This document shows positions 1 to 9,096 of a DNA stretch of 64,000 nucleotides, one piece after another; positions within the stretch are counted from its first letter, which is position 1; each line of letters opens with the position of its first letter. This stretch comes from an uncultured Acidimicrobiales bacterium. GTDB taxonomy: Bacteria; Actinomycetota; Acidimicrobiia; Acidimicrobiales; SHLQ01. The stretch spans positions 20,616 to 84,615 of the forward strand of contig CAYVHV010000007.1 in NCBI GenBank assembly GCA_964451305.1, read 5' to 3'. Made by a program: the position numbers and the translations under genes. The notes beneath the pieces were generated by a model. That model was not told where the DNA came from, did no database searches, and was given only the letters and a program-made list of their open reading frames with translations.

Positions 1-1554
1 CTCATCGAACAGCAGCACGTCGCCGGCGGGGCGTACGTCGCCGCCGATTACGTCCCAGGACGTGTACGTCAGCTCATCGCCTTCCCCGGGGCCGCCTTCG
101 AGGTTCGGCGAGCTCGGCAATCCACCGGTCGCAATCACTACGACGTCAGGATCGCCCGACGCAATCTCGCCTGCTTCGGCGAACGTGTCAGTTCGGACTT
201 CTACGCCGAGTCGGGCCAGCTCGGCATCACGCCAATCGATGATTCCCAGCAGATCGCGACGTCGAGGGTTTCGCGCAGCGAGGCGAACCTGGCCACCCGT
301 CCACGGCATTGCTTCGAGCAACAACACCGAATGCCCCCGCTCTGCGGCGACCCGGGCAGCTTCGAGACCACCGGGACCAGCGCCGACGACCACGACACGC
401 TTCGAGCCGGATGTTCGCGAAATCACGTGAGGCATCGTGGCCTCCCGACTCGTCGCAGCGTTGTGCAGGCACAGCGCCTCACCCGCTTCATAGATACGGT
501 CCAAGCAATAGGTCGCGCCGACGCACGGGCGAATCTCTGCCTCGCGTCCCTCGGTGATTTTGCGCACGATGTGTGGGTCGGCGATGTGTGCCCGGGTCAT
601 GCCGACCATGTCGAGCTTGCCCTCGACGATCGCATGTCGAGCCGTCGCAACATCATCGATCTTCGACGCGTGCAACACGGGGAGGTCGGTGGCCTCGCGG
701 ACTCGTCCTGCAAAGTCGAGGTGCGGAGCAGCGGGCATACCGTGGATCGGAATCACCTCGGTCAGGTCGACATCGCTCGCCACATAGCCACGGATCACAT
801 TGACGAAATCGATCAGGCCTTCATCCTCAAGCATCTTGACGATCTGCATGCCAGCTTCGGTGCGAATACCACCTGGCTTGGTTTCGTCGATCGCGATCCG
901 CGTGCCGACGATGAAGTCATCACCGGTGCGTTCACGAACGGCTCTGAAGATGCTCAGCGGAATCTTCATCCGGTTCTCGAGCGAACCGCCGTACTCGTCG
1001 TCTCGAATGTTGGTGATCGGGGACCAGAACTGATCGATGAAGTGGCCATAACACTCGAGCTCGACGCCATCCATGCCACCGGCTTTCATCCGTTCAGCAG
1101 CGTCGGCGTAGTCGGAGATGATCCGTTCGAGGTCCCACTCTTCGGCCTCTTTGGGCATCGCCCGATGTGCTGGTTCGGCGAGGGGAGAGGCGGCAACGAC
1201 CGGTAGCCATTCGGCTTTGCTATACGTCGTCCGGCGGCCGAGGTGAGAGAGCTGAATCATCACCGCGGTGTCGTGCTCGTGGAGCTCATCGGTCATCTCG
1301 CGAATCCACGGAACGATCGCATCGTCAAACGCGTGCAAGTTCCCAAACGCTGGTGGACTGTCGACGCTCACCGTCGCTCCGCCAGCGGTCATCGTCATTG
1401 CGACACCACCCTTGGCCTTCTCCACGTGGTAGAGCCGATAGCGCTCCTTCGGCATACCGAGCTCGCCATACGCTGGCTCGTGACTCGACGAAAAGACTCG
1501 GTTCCGCAGTTGGAGATGGCGAATGCTGAACGGTTGGAGAAGCGGATCGTTCAT
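1..1554 (-). CDS. NADH:flavin oxidoreductase (Old Yellow Enzyme barrel) fused to an FAD/NAD(P)-binding domain, 2,4-dienoyl-CoA reductase-like; 3' end runs off the left edge
   Basis: My own minus-strand translation from ATG at 1554 gives MNDPLLQPFSIRHLQLRNRVFSSSHEP..., then GMTRAHIADPHIVRKI, a Cys-rich segment RPCVGATYCLD...ALCLHN, and the Rossmann motif VVVVGAGPGGLEAA. It is absent from the ORF track because it is open at the window edge. Confidence 0.85.
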   Translation of the reverse strand, partial: MNDPLLQPFSIRHLQLRNRVFSSSHEPAYGELGMPKERYRLYHVEKAKGGVAMTMTAGGATVSVDSPPAFGNLHAFDDAIVPWIREMTDELHEHDTAVMIQLSHLGRRTTYSKAEWLPVVAASPLAEPAHRAMPKEAEEWDLERIISDYADAAERMKAGGMDGVELECYGHFIDQFWSPITNIRDDEYGGSLENRMKIPLSIFRAVRERTGDDFIVGTRIAIDETKPGGIRTEAGMQIVKMLEDEGLIDFVNVIRGYVASDVDLTEVIPIHGMPAAPHLDFAGRVREATDLPVLHASKIDDVATARHAIVEGKLDMVGMTRAHIADPHIVRKITEGREAEIRPCVGATYCLDRIYEAGEALCLHNAATSREATMPHVISRTSGSKRVVVVGAGPGGLEAARVAAERGHSVLLLEAMPWTGGQVRLAARNPRRRDLLGIIDWRDAELARLGVEVRTDTFAEAGEIASGDPDVVVIATGGLPSSPNLEGGPGEGDELTYTSWDVIGGDVRPAGDVLLFDE

Positions 1555-1654
1555 GGGTAGACAGTCAATCAGAGATTTCGCGGGGTCCTGATACTGGAAC
1601 GGCCTAGTCTGCAACCCCGAAACACACCCACGACGACACGCAAAGGACCACGCT

Positions 1655-1957
1655 ATGCATACCGATCATCCCGTTACCGACTACCAGACTGTTGTCATCG
1701 ATGGCGTGCAGTTCATCGACGTCCGCGAACCGGACGAAGTTGCAGCGGGCACACTTCCCGGCACCGTGAACATCCCCCTCGGTACGCTTCCCGACCGACT
1801 GACAGAGTTGGACTCCGAGCGGCGCGTCGTGGTGCTCTGCCGAAGTGGCGGACGCAGCACGCAAGCGGCCGAGTTCCTCACCGCGTCCGGATTCGGCGAT
1901 GTCGTGAACCTCGCAGGCGGCATGTTGGCCTGGGACGACGCCGACCAACATCGGTAA
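1655..1957 (+). CDS. single-domain rhodanese-like sulfurtransferase
   Basis: 100-aa ORF with the active-site loop CRSGGRS (Cys encoded by TGC) and C-terminal NLAGGMLAW. Confidence 0.85.
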   Translation: MHTDHPVTDYQTVVIDGVQFIDVREPDEVAAGTLPGTVNIPLGTLPDRLTELDSERRVVVLCRSGGRSTQAAEFLTASGFGDVVNLAGGMLAWDDADQHR

Positions 1958-2026
1958 GCCTGTCAGGAAGTGTTCTGACTCTGACACTCCGTTGCGCACG
2001 AAGTTGGGCTGGGCAAGACTCAGCGA

Positions 2027-2923
2027 ATGGGATCCCTCTCGAGCATGCGATACGAAAAGCGGCGGGTTGATGTCGGCGGTATTGAAATGGCGACCGTCGA
2101 TGTAGGCGAAGGTGACCCGATCGTGTTCTTGCACGGCAACCCAACGTCGTCATTTCTGTGGCGGAACGTCATTCCACATGTCGAACATCTGGGCAGGTGC
2201 ATCGCCCCTGATCTGATCGGCTTTGGCGACTCGGACAAACTCCCCGATGCCGGCCCAGGTTCGTACCGGTTCGTCGAGAACCGGGTATACCTCGATCGCC
2301 TTCTCGCATCCCTCGACGTGTCTTCCAACGTGACCTTGGTGCTTCATGATTGGGGTTCAGGGCTGGGCTTTGACTGGGCTCGCCGCCATCCCGACGCGAT
2401 CGCCGGAATTGCGTACCTCGAAGCAAACGTGGTTCCTCGGTCGTGGGAACAGCTCACACCGGACGGACGTCAATTCTTCGAACGTCTTCGCACTGACGAA
2501 GGCGAGGAAATGGCGCTCGTCGACAACGTCTTCATCGAACAGGGATTACCCGGGGGAGTGATTCGCGAGCTGACGGTCGAGGAGCACGATGAGTATCGCC
2601 GACCGTTCCGCGAGCCGGGCGAGGGGCGTCGGCCGACGCTCACGTGGCCGCGGGAGATTCCCTTCGACGGCGAACCCGCTGATGTTCACCAGATCGTCTC
2701 TGACTATTCGGCTTGGCTCGCAGCGTCTGACGTTCCGAAGTTGCTCATCAACGTGAGCGATGGCGACACGCTGGTCGGCGAGCTGCTCGACATCGCACGC
2801 GGGTTCCCAAACCAAACGGAGGTTTCGGTCGTGGGTCGACACTTCGCGCAGGAAGACAGTCCAGACGAAATTGGTCGGGCATTGGTCGACTTTCTAGGAA
2901 TCAGGGGAGATGGCTGCTCCTAG
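2027..2923 (+). CDS. haloalkane dehalogenase (HLD-II type alpha/beta hydrolase)
   Basis: Contains FLHGNPTSSFLWRN, the nucleophile elbow LVLHDWGSGLGF and C-terminal GRHFAQEDSPDEIG, all hallmarks of DhaA/LinB-type dehalogenases. Confidence 0.85.
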   Translation: MGSLSSMRYEKRRVDVGGIEMATVDVGEGDPIVFLHGNPTSSFLWRNVIPHVEHLGRCIAPDLIGFGDSDKLPDAGPGSYRFVENRVYLDRLLASLDVSSNVTLVLHDWGSGLGFDWARRHPDAIAGIAYLEANVVPRSWEQLTPDGRQFFERLRTDEGEEMALVDNVFIEQGLPGGVIRELTVEEHDEYRRPFREPGEGRRPTLTWPREIPFDGEPADVHQIVSDYSAWLAASDVPKLLINVSDGDTLVGELLDIARGFPNQTEVSVVGRHFAQEDSPDEIGRALVDFLGIRGDGCS

Positions 2924-2960
2924 CTGCTCGACGGACTCTCGAACCGCTCGTCGAGCCGCG

Positions 2961-3050
2961 CTACGTCGCCTCAACGATCATGGCGATGCCTTGGCCGACA
3001 CCGATACACATCGTCGCCATGCCATTAACGCCACCTACGAGAACTCGCAT
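2961..3050 (-). pseudogene. remnant of the C-terminus of a thiolase (acetyl-CoA acetyltransferase)
   Basis: Minus-strand translation ends ...MRVLVGGVNGMATMCIGVGQGIAMIVEAT*. This matches the conserved thiolase C-terminal signature (G-[LM]-A-T-[ML]-C-I-G-G-G-Q-G). There is no upstream thiolase body, because the Rieske oxygenase gene ends at 3109. Confidence 0.45.
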
Positions 3051-3108
3051 AGAGCAATCCATTCGAGGTCTTCGGTATGCACCGTCGAGACGATCCGCCG
3101 CTCGCCGT

Positions 3109-4350
3109 TCACCGCTGGCTCGTGAGCATTTGCGTTGTGTACCAGTCGACGAATTCGATGACACCTGCCTCATCGATGGGCGCATAGGGCCCTGGCACGA
3201 AGCTCGGCGACTGCACACCCGTCTGCACGGCTTCGATGAACGCTGCATCTTGTGCGTTCGTGATGTTCCAGACTTTGGTCAGGTTCGCCACGTCGTAGTC
3301 GACGCCTTTGACCGCACCTTCGGGCACAAGCCATGTCGTGGTGAGCTGCGTCGTCGTTGGGGAGAGCGGCATGATCCGAGCGGTCACGATGTGGTCCGCC
3401 TGAAAGTGTGACCACGACGTGGGGTAGTGGTAGAGCAACACGTCGCCAAGGTTGACGTCGGGTAGCGACCCGAACCGTTTGCTAACCGCTGGTTCACCCG
3501 TCATCGTCATTGACCGAGTGTCGCCCTTGAACGGCATGCGCATGGCACGGAACTGGTTGTCGGGCGACGCGATGTACGTGCTGGGAAGGCCATACGATTC
3601 GCCGAGCGCCACCAGACGCTCAAGAGACGCCGCATCCTCGCTCGAATGACCACCCGTGTGTAGTGGTTCCTCGGGGAAAGACACCGACAGCTCCGGATGT
3701 CCTCCCCGGCAGTGGTAGCACTCGCGATTGTTCTCCATCACGATCTTCCAATTGCCTGTCTCGACCGTCACCGACACCGCTGCGACCTGGGCCGTCTCCG
3801 GCTCGTACGGAGCCATGTACCCGTCGACCAACTCCTTCATCGGCCCAAAGCTTGGCCCGTCTTCGCCGGCCAACGATACGAACAACATGCCGGCCGTCTC
3901 CTCACACCGTGCTGTAGCGAGCCCATGAGCGTGGGGGTCGAAGTCCTCGCCGGTGGAACGAGCGTTTACGAGTGAACCATCGAGCCGGTACGACCATTGG
4001 TGGTATGGGCAAACCAAACGACGCGAATGTCCTTGGGCTTGCTGGCATATGGTCGACCCGCGATGTCGGCACACGTTGTGGAGGGCTCGCACCTGGCCGT
4101 CCTCGCCTCGCACCAGCACGATTGGGCTGTCGCCAATCGTCGTCGTGATGAAGTCGCCAACATTTGGGATCTCCGCGGCGTGCGCCACGAACAGCCATTC
4201 TCGGTACCAGATGCGCTCAAGCTCCATCCGATAGATGTCTTCGTCGAAGTAGAACCGTCCCGGCAGCATGTGCATCGACGAACGCTGCCGGAGTTCGGTT
4301 TCGACGTCATTGGCGAACGTCACGCCAGCTTCCACCGATGTGTCTTGCAA
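3109..4350 (-). CDS. Rieske [2Fe-2S] non-heme iron oxygenase, alpha subunit (GbcA/Stc2-like family)
   Basis: Rieske motif CRHRGSTIC...CPYHQWSY, followed by NNRECYHCRGGHPEL, which is typical of the glycine-betaine/stachydrine demethylase-type branch. No reductase partner lies adjacent. Confidence 0.85.
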   Translation of the reverse strand: MQDTSVEAGVTFANDVETELRQRSSMHMLPGRFYFDEDIYRMELERIWYREWLFVAHAAEIPNVGDFITTTIGDSPIVLVRGEDGQVRALHNVCRHRGSTICQQAQGHSRRLVCPYHQWSYRLDGSLVNARSTGEDFDPHAHGLATARCEETAGMLFVSLAGEDGPSFGPMKELVDGYMAPYEPETAQVAAVSVTVETGNWKIVMENNRECYHCRGGHPELSVSFPEEPLHTGGHSSEDAASLERLVALGESYGLPSTYIASPDNQFRAMRMPFKGDTRSMTMTGEPAVSKRFGSLPDVNLGDVLLYHYPTSWSHFQADHIVTARIMPLSPTTTQLTTTWLVPEGAVKGVDYDVANLTKVWNITNAQDAAFIEAVQTGVQSPSFVPGPYAPIDEAGVIEFVDWYTTQMLTSQR

Positions 4351-4546
4351 CGTCCATCCCCCCCCGGATATTCAACGGCTGTGTGGATCGTACATTCGCA
4401 AAACTTGCTGGAACAACAGCGGTACGTGGCAGCGATTCGATCGTTGCGAAGATCGCACCCATCTACGTCAAATTAGGTCGCGAACCTTGATCGAAGGCCG
4501 TCTCAGTCGATGGGTCATTCTGCCTAGGGTGAGTGAAACAACGACA

Positions 4547-6259
4547 ATGACGTCCAAGTCAACAATGCATCGCTACGCGTCCTTGTTGTGGGTCGTGGTC
4601 GTCGCGCTCGTGCTGACGTTCTCGTCATCGTTACTGCCAGCACAAGACGGCGAAGGAGAACCAACCCTCGAAGAGCTCCAAGAGGAACGCGAGCTCGCTG
4701 CTCAACAGCTCGCCGATGCTGCCGCATCGATCGACGCGGACACCGCGACCGTGGAAGAACTCGCTGCCGCGCTCGATGGGATTGGATCACTTGCGGGTAT
4801 TCATCAGCTCAGACTCGACGAGGCCATCGAACGATACGACACCGCACTCGACTGGTTGAACCAAGCCGAAGCCTCCCGCGCAGAGGTTCTCGATGAGATC
4901 GAGCTCCTCCGAGATCTCGTAGGCGACCTCGCCTTGGCGGAGTTCACCGGGGAGACCGGTAAGGCCCCGTATGAGATTGCGTTGTCGACAGATCCGGGGC
5001 AATCATCTCGACTCGCTCACCTGCTCGAACTCCAGATCGGTAGTGCTGAAGACGCGGTCGATCGATTGCGGTTGTTGGAACTTCAAGCCGAAGAGCTCAT
5101 CGCTGAGCGAGACGCGGCCGCATCACTCGCCGAACAGAGCCTCACCGACATGCAAAATCGTTCGGGCGCACTGGTTGCCGCGATCGATCAGCAAGAGCAA
5201 CTGCTTCAGTCAGCCGAGTCACGACTCGCGGCGAGTGAATCCGAGGCTCAGGCCGCCGCAGATCTGATCGAGGAAACAGAATCGCTCATCGAAGAAGCCG
5301 AACAGCGTCTCGCCGAGAGGATTCGGGCACTTGGGGCACCGGCGCCCGTCGACCGCGCTGACATCGTGACAATCTCGTTCTTCGATGGCACAGCGACGAA
5401 TCCGTTCTTCCAGATTCAGGTTCACAAGGACATCGAAGAACAAACTCGGGGACTGTACGAACTTGCCTTCTCCCAGGGGATCAATCTCGGTGGCTGGGGT
5501 TACCGGGGCACGGAGCGTCAGATCGAGCTACGACGAGCGCACTGTGGAAGTAGCAACTACGACATCTGGCTGAAGCCATCTGGCCAGTGCTCCCCTCCAA
5601 CGGCTCGGCCCGGCTTCTCAAAGCATGAACAGGGTCGAGCTATCGACTTCCAATGGAATGGCGGCAGCATCGGTCCTCGATCGGGTACACCATTCCGATG
5701 GCTGGCTGCGAACGCGCCCCAGTTCGGATTTGTGAATCTGCCGTCGGAGCCGTGGCACTGGAGCGACGGCACCGCAACCACCTTCGATCCAACCGTGCCG
5801 ATCCCCGATTTCCCAGACGACACCGTTCCTGAGGTCGAACCCGACGCGGAGACCGCCGAGCTTCTCAACGAGTCGCTCGACGACGCCGACATCGACGTCG
5901 GTGAGGAAGTCGCTGTCGACGTTGGATCAGAACCCGAGGAGCTCGGTGAGTCTGAACCCGGTGAAGATGGCGCCAGCGACGATGAGGTTGACGAGGATGG
6001 TGACGAAGTCGAAGGTGACGTTGCAACGCCATCTGAATCTGAGGAGTCTGAATCTGACGAGTCGGGATCCGGCGAGACACGTCCGCCTGAAGCGCTCGCC
6101 TCCGTCGGTGACAGCGGCGGCGACGCACCGGCAGGCACAGAGTCGGCCAACGACACTGGACCCACCGGCGGATCAGCCGAACCGAACGAGACCGGCGCAG
6201 CCGAAGCGGCTAATTCGAACGAGCAGGTCTCAAACCCCGAGGCTTCAGCCGGCGGCTAG
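4547..6259 (+). CDS. secreted or membrane-anchored coiled-coil protein with an M15B (VanY-like) D,D-carboxypeptidase domain and a long acidic tail
   Basis: The N-terminal hydrophobic segment MHRYASLLWVVVVALVLTF is followed by about 270 aa of Glu/Leu/Ala-rich coiled coil. M15 zinc motifs SKHEQGRAIDF and PSEPWHWSDG follow. The C-terminal ~150 aa are Asp/Glu/Ser-rich and low-complexity. I chose the ATG at 4547 over the ORF-track start at 4268. Confidence 0.8.
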   Translation: MTSKSTMHRYASLLWVVVVALVLTFSSSLLPAQDGEGEPTLEELQEERELAAQQLADAAASIDADTATVEELAAALDGIGSLAGIHQLRLDEAIERYDTALDWLNQAEASRAEVLDEIELLRDLVGDLALAEFTGETGKAPYEIALSTDPGQSSRLAHLLELQIGSAEDAVDRLRLLELQAEELIAERDAAASLAEQSLTDMQNRSGALVAAIDQQEQLLQSAESRLAASESEAQAAADLIEETESLIEEAEQRLAERIRALGAPAPVDRADIVTISFFDGTATNPFFQIQVHKDIEEQTRGLYELAFSQGINLGGWGYRGTERQIELRRAHCGSSNYDIWLKPSGQCSPPTARPGFSKHEQGRAIDFQWNGGSIGPRSGTPFRWLAANAPQFGFVNLPSEPWHWSDGTATTFDPTVPIPDFPDDTVPEVEPDAETAELLNESLDDADIDVGEEVAVDVGSEPEELGESEPGEDGASDDEVDEDGDEVEGDVATPSESEESESDESGSGETRPPEALASVGDSGGDAPAGTESANDTGPTGGSAEPNETGAAEAANSNEQVSNPEASAGG

Positions 6260-6266
6260 AGAAGTA

Positions 6267-7490
6267 TCACTCGCCTGGAGGAGGCCCACCTGGACCCCCA
6301 CCCTCGGCACCGCCAGGAGGTGGGCCTGCCTGGCCTCCGCCGTCCGCCTCTCCGAATGAATCGTCGGGGGTGCCTTGGAGGCACTTGATGACCCATGGAA
6401 AGGTATCCGTCACGTAGTAGCCGTACTGGCCATCGACGGTCATGCCGTTGCATTCATCGAGATCGCCGTTGCCGGTGAACTCCCAATCGTCGTTGTATTC
6501 GCCCGTGTACTCGCCGCCAGGGTTCGTGTCGGTGCGTTCACCGCGGCTGCCTTCTTTGAGCTCATAACCAGAGATCGCCTGTCGAACCTCGCCCGTCTCT
6601 GGGTCGAGGAAGTAGCTGCCGTAGACAGGGAAGCCGTCGGCGGCAAAGCCAATGACGGGTGACCCAGTAGGTCCTGGGTTGTCGTCGAACATTGCCTCGG
6701 GACCACCGTGATAGTGGTATAGGCCGCCGGGCTGGGTGTGTCCGTTGTGAAGGTCAGCTCCAAACTTCGACTCGGTCCCGAGCGGATCGAGCAACCAGTC
6801 ATCATCAGAAGCACAACCGATACCCACGTTGCCGTCCTCGCCTGCATCTTCACTAAACGGCCGGTAACAGCCAGCGGAAAGGATGTCAGCTCGCACGCCG
6901 TTCAAGAAGATCGCGTTCTTCAACGTTTGGGTGATGAAGGTTGGCTCATCGGCGAACTCCGGCGTTCGAGACACGATCGAAATGGACTCGGTCTCAGAGA
7001 TCGTAGCGCCTTCGGTTCCGCCGGCGAATGCGGCAGTGTCATCGTTGAACTCGTGATTTGGGACGCTATTCGAGACGATTGTGCACTCGCTCTCATCAGC
7101 GGTGATCGTGACAGTCGACTCGAAGATCAGGTCATTCTGCAGGTCGAGGGACTCCGATGTGTACGTGCCGACGTAGTCAGCGCAATCGGCGCTTCGATTC
7201 GTGAAGATCGCGCCACTGATGTCGATCGCATCGACATCGATGTGGTCGCCATTTTCATCGTGCTCGTGATCATCGGCGTGGTCGTCGGCTTCGGCGGTGT
7301 CGTCTACGTCATCGACCGGAACTGACGTCTCGTCCAACGATGGAGAGTCAGTGGCTACTGCCTCCGGCTCGACCGTCGATGCGGCGTCATTCGTCGTCGA
7401 TCCGCAGGCTGCACCGAGCAGCGCTACCGAAACACAAATCGTGCTTGCATGCCACCAACGGCGCTCTGAAAGGAGAGGTAATTTCAACAT
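6267..7490 (-). CDS. YHYH-domain lipoprotein
   Basis: Lipobox VALLGAACGS, an Asp/His-rich stretch DDHADDHEHDENGDH, the core motif GGLYHYHGGPE...GFAADGFPVYG and a Gly/Pro-rich C-terminus. Confidence 0.8.
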   Translation of the reverse strand: MLKLPLLSERRWWHASTICVSVALLGAACGSTTNDAASTVEPEAVATDSPSLDETSVPVDDVDDTAEADDHADDHEHDENGDHIDVDAIDISGAIFTNRSADCADYVGTYTSESLDLQNDLIFESTVTITADESECTIVSNSVPNHEFNDDTAAFAGGTEGATISETESISIVSRTPEFADEPTFITQTLKNAIFLNGVRADILSAGCYRPFSEDAGEDGNVGIGCASDDDWLLDPLGTESKFGADLHNGHTQPGGLYHYHGGPEAMFDDNPGPTGSPVIGFAADGFPVYGSYFLDPETGEVRQAISGYELKEGSRGERTDTNPGGEYTGEYNDDWEFTGNGDLDECNGMTVDGQYGYYVTDTFPWVIKCLQGTPDDSFGEADGGGQAGPPPGGAEGGGPGGPPPGE

Positions 7491-7606
7491 GGCCTCAACC
7501 TAGAACTCGACCCTGTGAGGAGACTACGAGGACATTGTGAATCGTCTGTGAAGGTCGTCGCACGAGCCGTGTTGCATCGTTGCATGGTCGAATTAAGGTG
7601 TCGACC

Positions 7607-9076
7607 ATGGCTGTTCTTGCAATCGACGCTGGTACTACCGGAGTTCGTTCAATGGCATTTAGTGATGCCGGAACGATTCTTGCATCCTCCTACCAGGAAT
7701 TCCCCCAGTACTTCCCTGAACCGGGTTGGGTCGAGCACGACATCGACGAGATATGGACCGCGGTCCGAAAAACCATGGCCGACGTGGCAGAAGCGCTCGA
7801 CGAACCCATCGCCACGATCGGCATCACCAACCAACGCGAGACCGTGGTTGTCTGGGACAAATCGACGGGTGAGGCGCTTCACCGCGCCCTCGTCTGGCAG
7901 GACAGGCGCACATCGAAACGGATCCACGAACTCGACGAGCAAGGACACCTCGCTCTCGTTCGTGGAACGACGGGCCTCGTCCTCGATCCGTACTTCTCGG
8001 CGAGCAAACTCGAATGGCTCATACGTGGCGGTCACATCACCGTCGATGCAAACACGGCGTTCGGCACGGTCGATAGCTGGCTGTTGTGGAAACTCACCGG
8101 TGGCGATGTCCATCTGACAGACACCACGAACGCGAGCCGGACGCTGCTCTTCGACATCGATGAGATGGCCTGGGCCGATGATTTGCTCGAGCTATTTGGA
8201 GTCCCCGCATCGGTCCTTCCCGAGGTTCGGCCATCGTCGGCACGCTTCGGCGTGACCGCATTGGACCTACCCGTGCCCGCGGGTATCCCGATCTCGGGTG
8301 TTGCGGGCGACCAACAGTCATCGCTTTTCGGTCAGGCATGTTTCGAACCGGGGATGGCCAAAAACACCTATGGAACTGGTTCATTTATCTTGATGAACGT
8401 CGGTTCGGACTTACCCCAGCCCGTCGACGGTCTGCTCTCCACGGTCGGGTGGACACTCGGCGATGGTTCGACGACGTACGCGCTCGAAGGCGCGGTCTTT
8501 GTCGCTGGCGCAGCGATTCAGTGGCTCCGCGACGGGCTCGGGATCATCGATGAGGCATCGGAGGTCGGTCCGCTCGCGGCATCTGTCGACAGTTCCGACG
8601 ATGTCTTCATCGTCCCCGCCTTCGCAGGGTTGGGGAGTCCGTGGTGGGATGCCGATGCTCGGGGAACGATCGTTGGTCTCACTCGCGGAACGACGCGAGC
8701 CCACATCGCCCGAGCAACCGTCGAAGCGATTGCTCTTCAAACCCGCGATGTGATCGACGCGATGGCCGATGCCGGTGGAGTGAACGTGGACAACCTTCGC
8801 GTCGATGGTGGAGCATCCGCGATGGAGCTCCTCCTACAAATTCAAGCCGACCAGCTCGGCGTTTCCGTCCATCGTTCGACGATCGGCGAAACCACGGCAC
8901 TCGGTGCGGCATACCTCGCCGGTCTGGCCGAAGGGGTTTGGGCGAACATGTCGGAAATCGCCGAAGCATGGACCTCGGATCTCTCCGTCACGGCGAGTAC
9001 CGACCGCGGCCCTGTCGATGTGCTGCATGGCCGATGGTTGCAAGCGCTCGATCGCAGTAAGGGTTGGGTTAGCTAG
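7607..9076 (+). CDS. glpK: glycerol kinase
   Basis: MAVLAIDAGTTGVRS..., ITNQRETVVVWDK, and FGGY-family sugar kinase similarity along the full length. An alternative upstream start exists at 7580. Confidence 0.93.
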   Translation: MAVLAIDAGTTGVRSMAFSDAGTILASSYQEFPQYFPEPGWVEHDIDEIWTAVRKTMADVAEALDEPIATIGITNQRETVVVWDKSTGEALHRALVWQDRRTSKRIHELDEQGHLALVRGTTGLVLDPYFSASKLEWLIRGGHITVDANTAFGTVDSWLLWKLTGGDVHLTDTTNASRTLLFDIDEMAWADDLLELFGVPASVLPEVRPSSARFGVTALDLPVPAGIPISGVAGDQQSSLFGQACFEPGMAKNTYGTGSFILMNVGSDLPQPVDGLLSTVGWTLGDGSTTYALEGAVFVAGAAIQWLRDGLGIIDEASEVGPLAASVDSSDDVFIVPAFAGLGSPWWDADARGTIVGLTRGTTRAHIARATVEAIALQTRDVIDAMADAGGVNVDNLRVDGGASAMELLLQIQADQLGVSVHRSTIGETTALGAAYLAGLAEGVWANMSEIAEAWTSDLSVTASTDRGPVDVLHGRWLQALDRSKGWVS

Positions 9077-9096
9077 GCGTCCGTCGGCGGCGACAT

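Noticed and set aside
331-1206. 291-aa plus-strand ORF, with several smaller ones, across 62-1560
   Set aside because: They lie antisense to a clearly homologous OYE/FAD oxidoreductase gene that is open at the window edge. Their Arg/Ser/Pro-rich composition is typical of high-GC shadow frames.
1962-1990. Short inverted repeat GTCAG-N8-CTGAC after the rhodanese stop, as a terminator
   Set aside because: The stem is only 5 bp and has no U-tract, which is too weak to call.
4268-4546. Upstream extension of the M15 peptidase ORF
   Set aside because: The extension lies in the divergent promoter region and is Cys/Arg-rich. The ATG at 4547 directly precedes the hydrophobic signal or anchor.
5557-6165. 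202-aa Ser-rich minus-strand ORF
   Set aside because: It is the mirror image of the Asp/Glu/Ser-rich low-complexity tail of the M15 peptidase gene.
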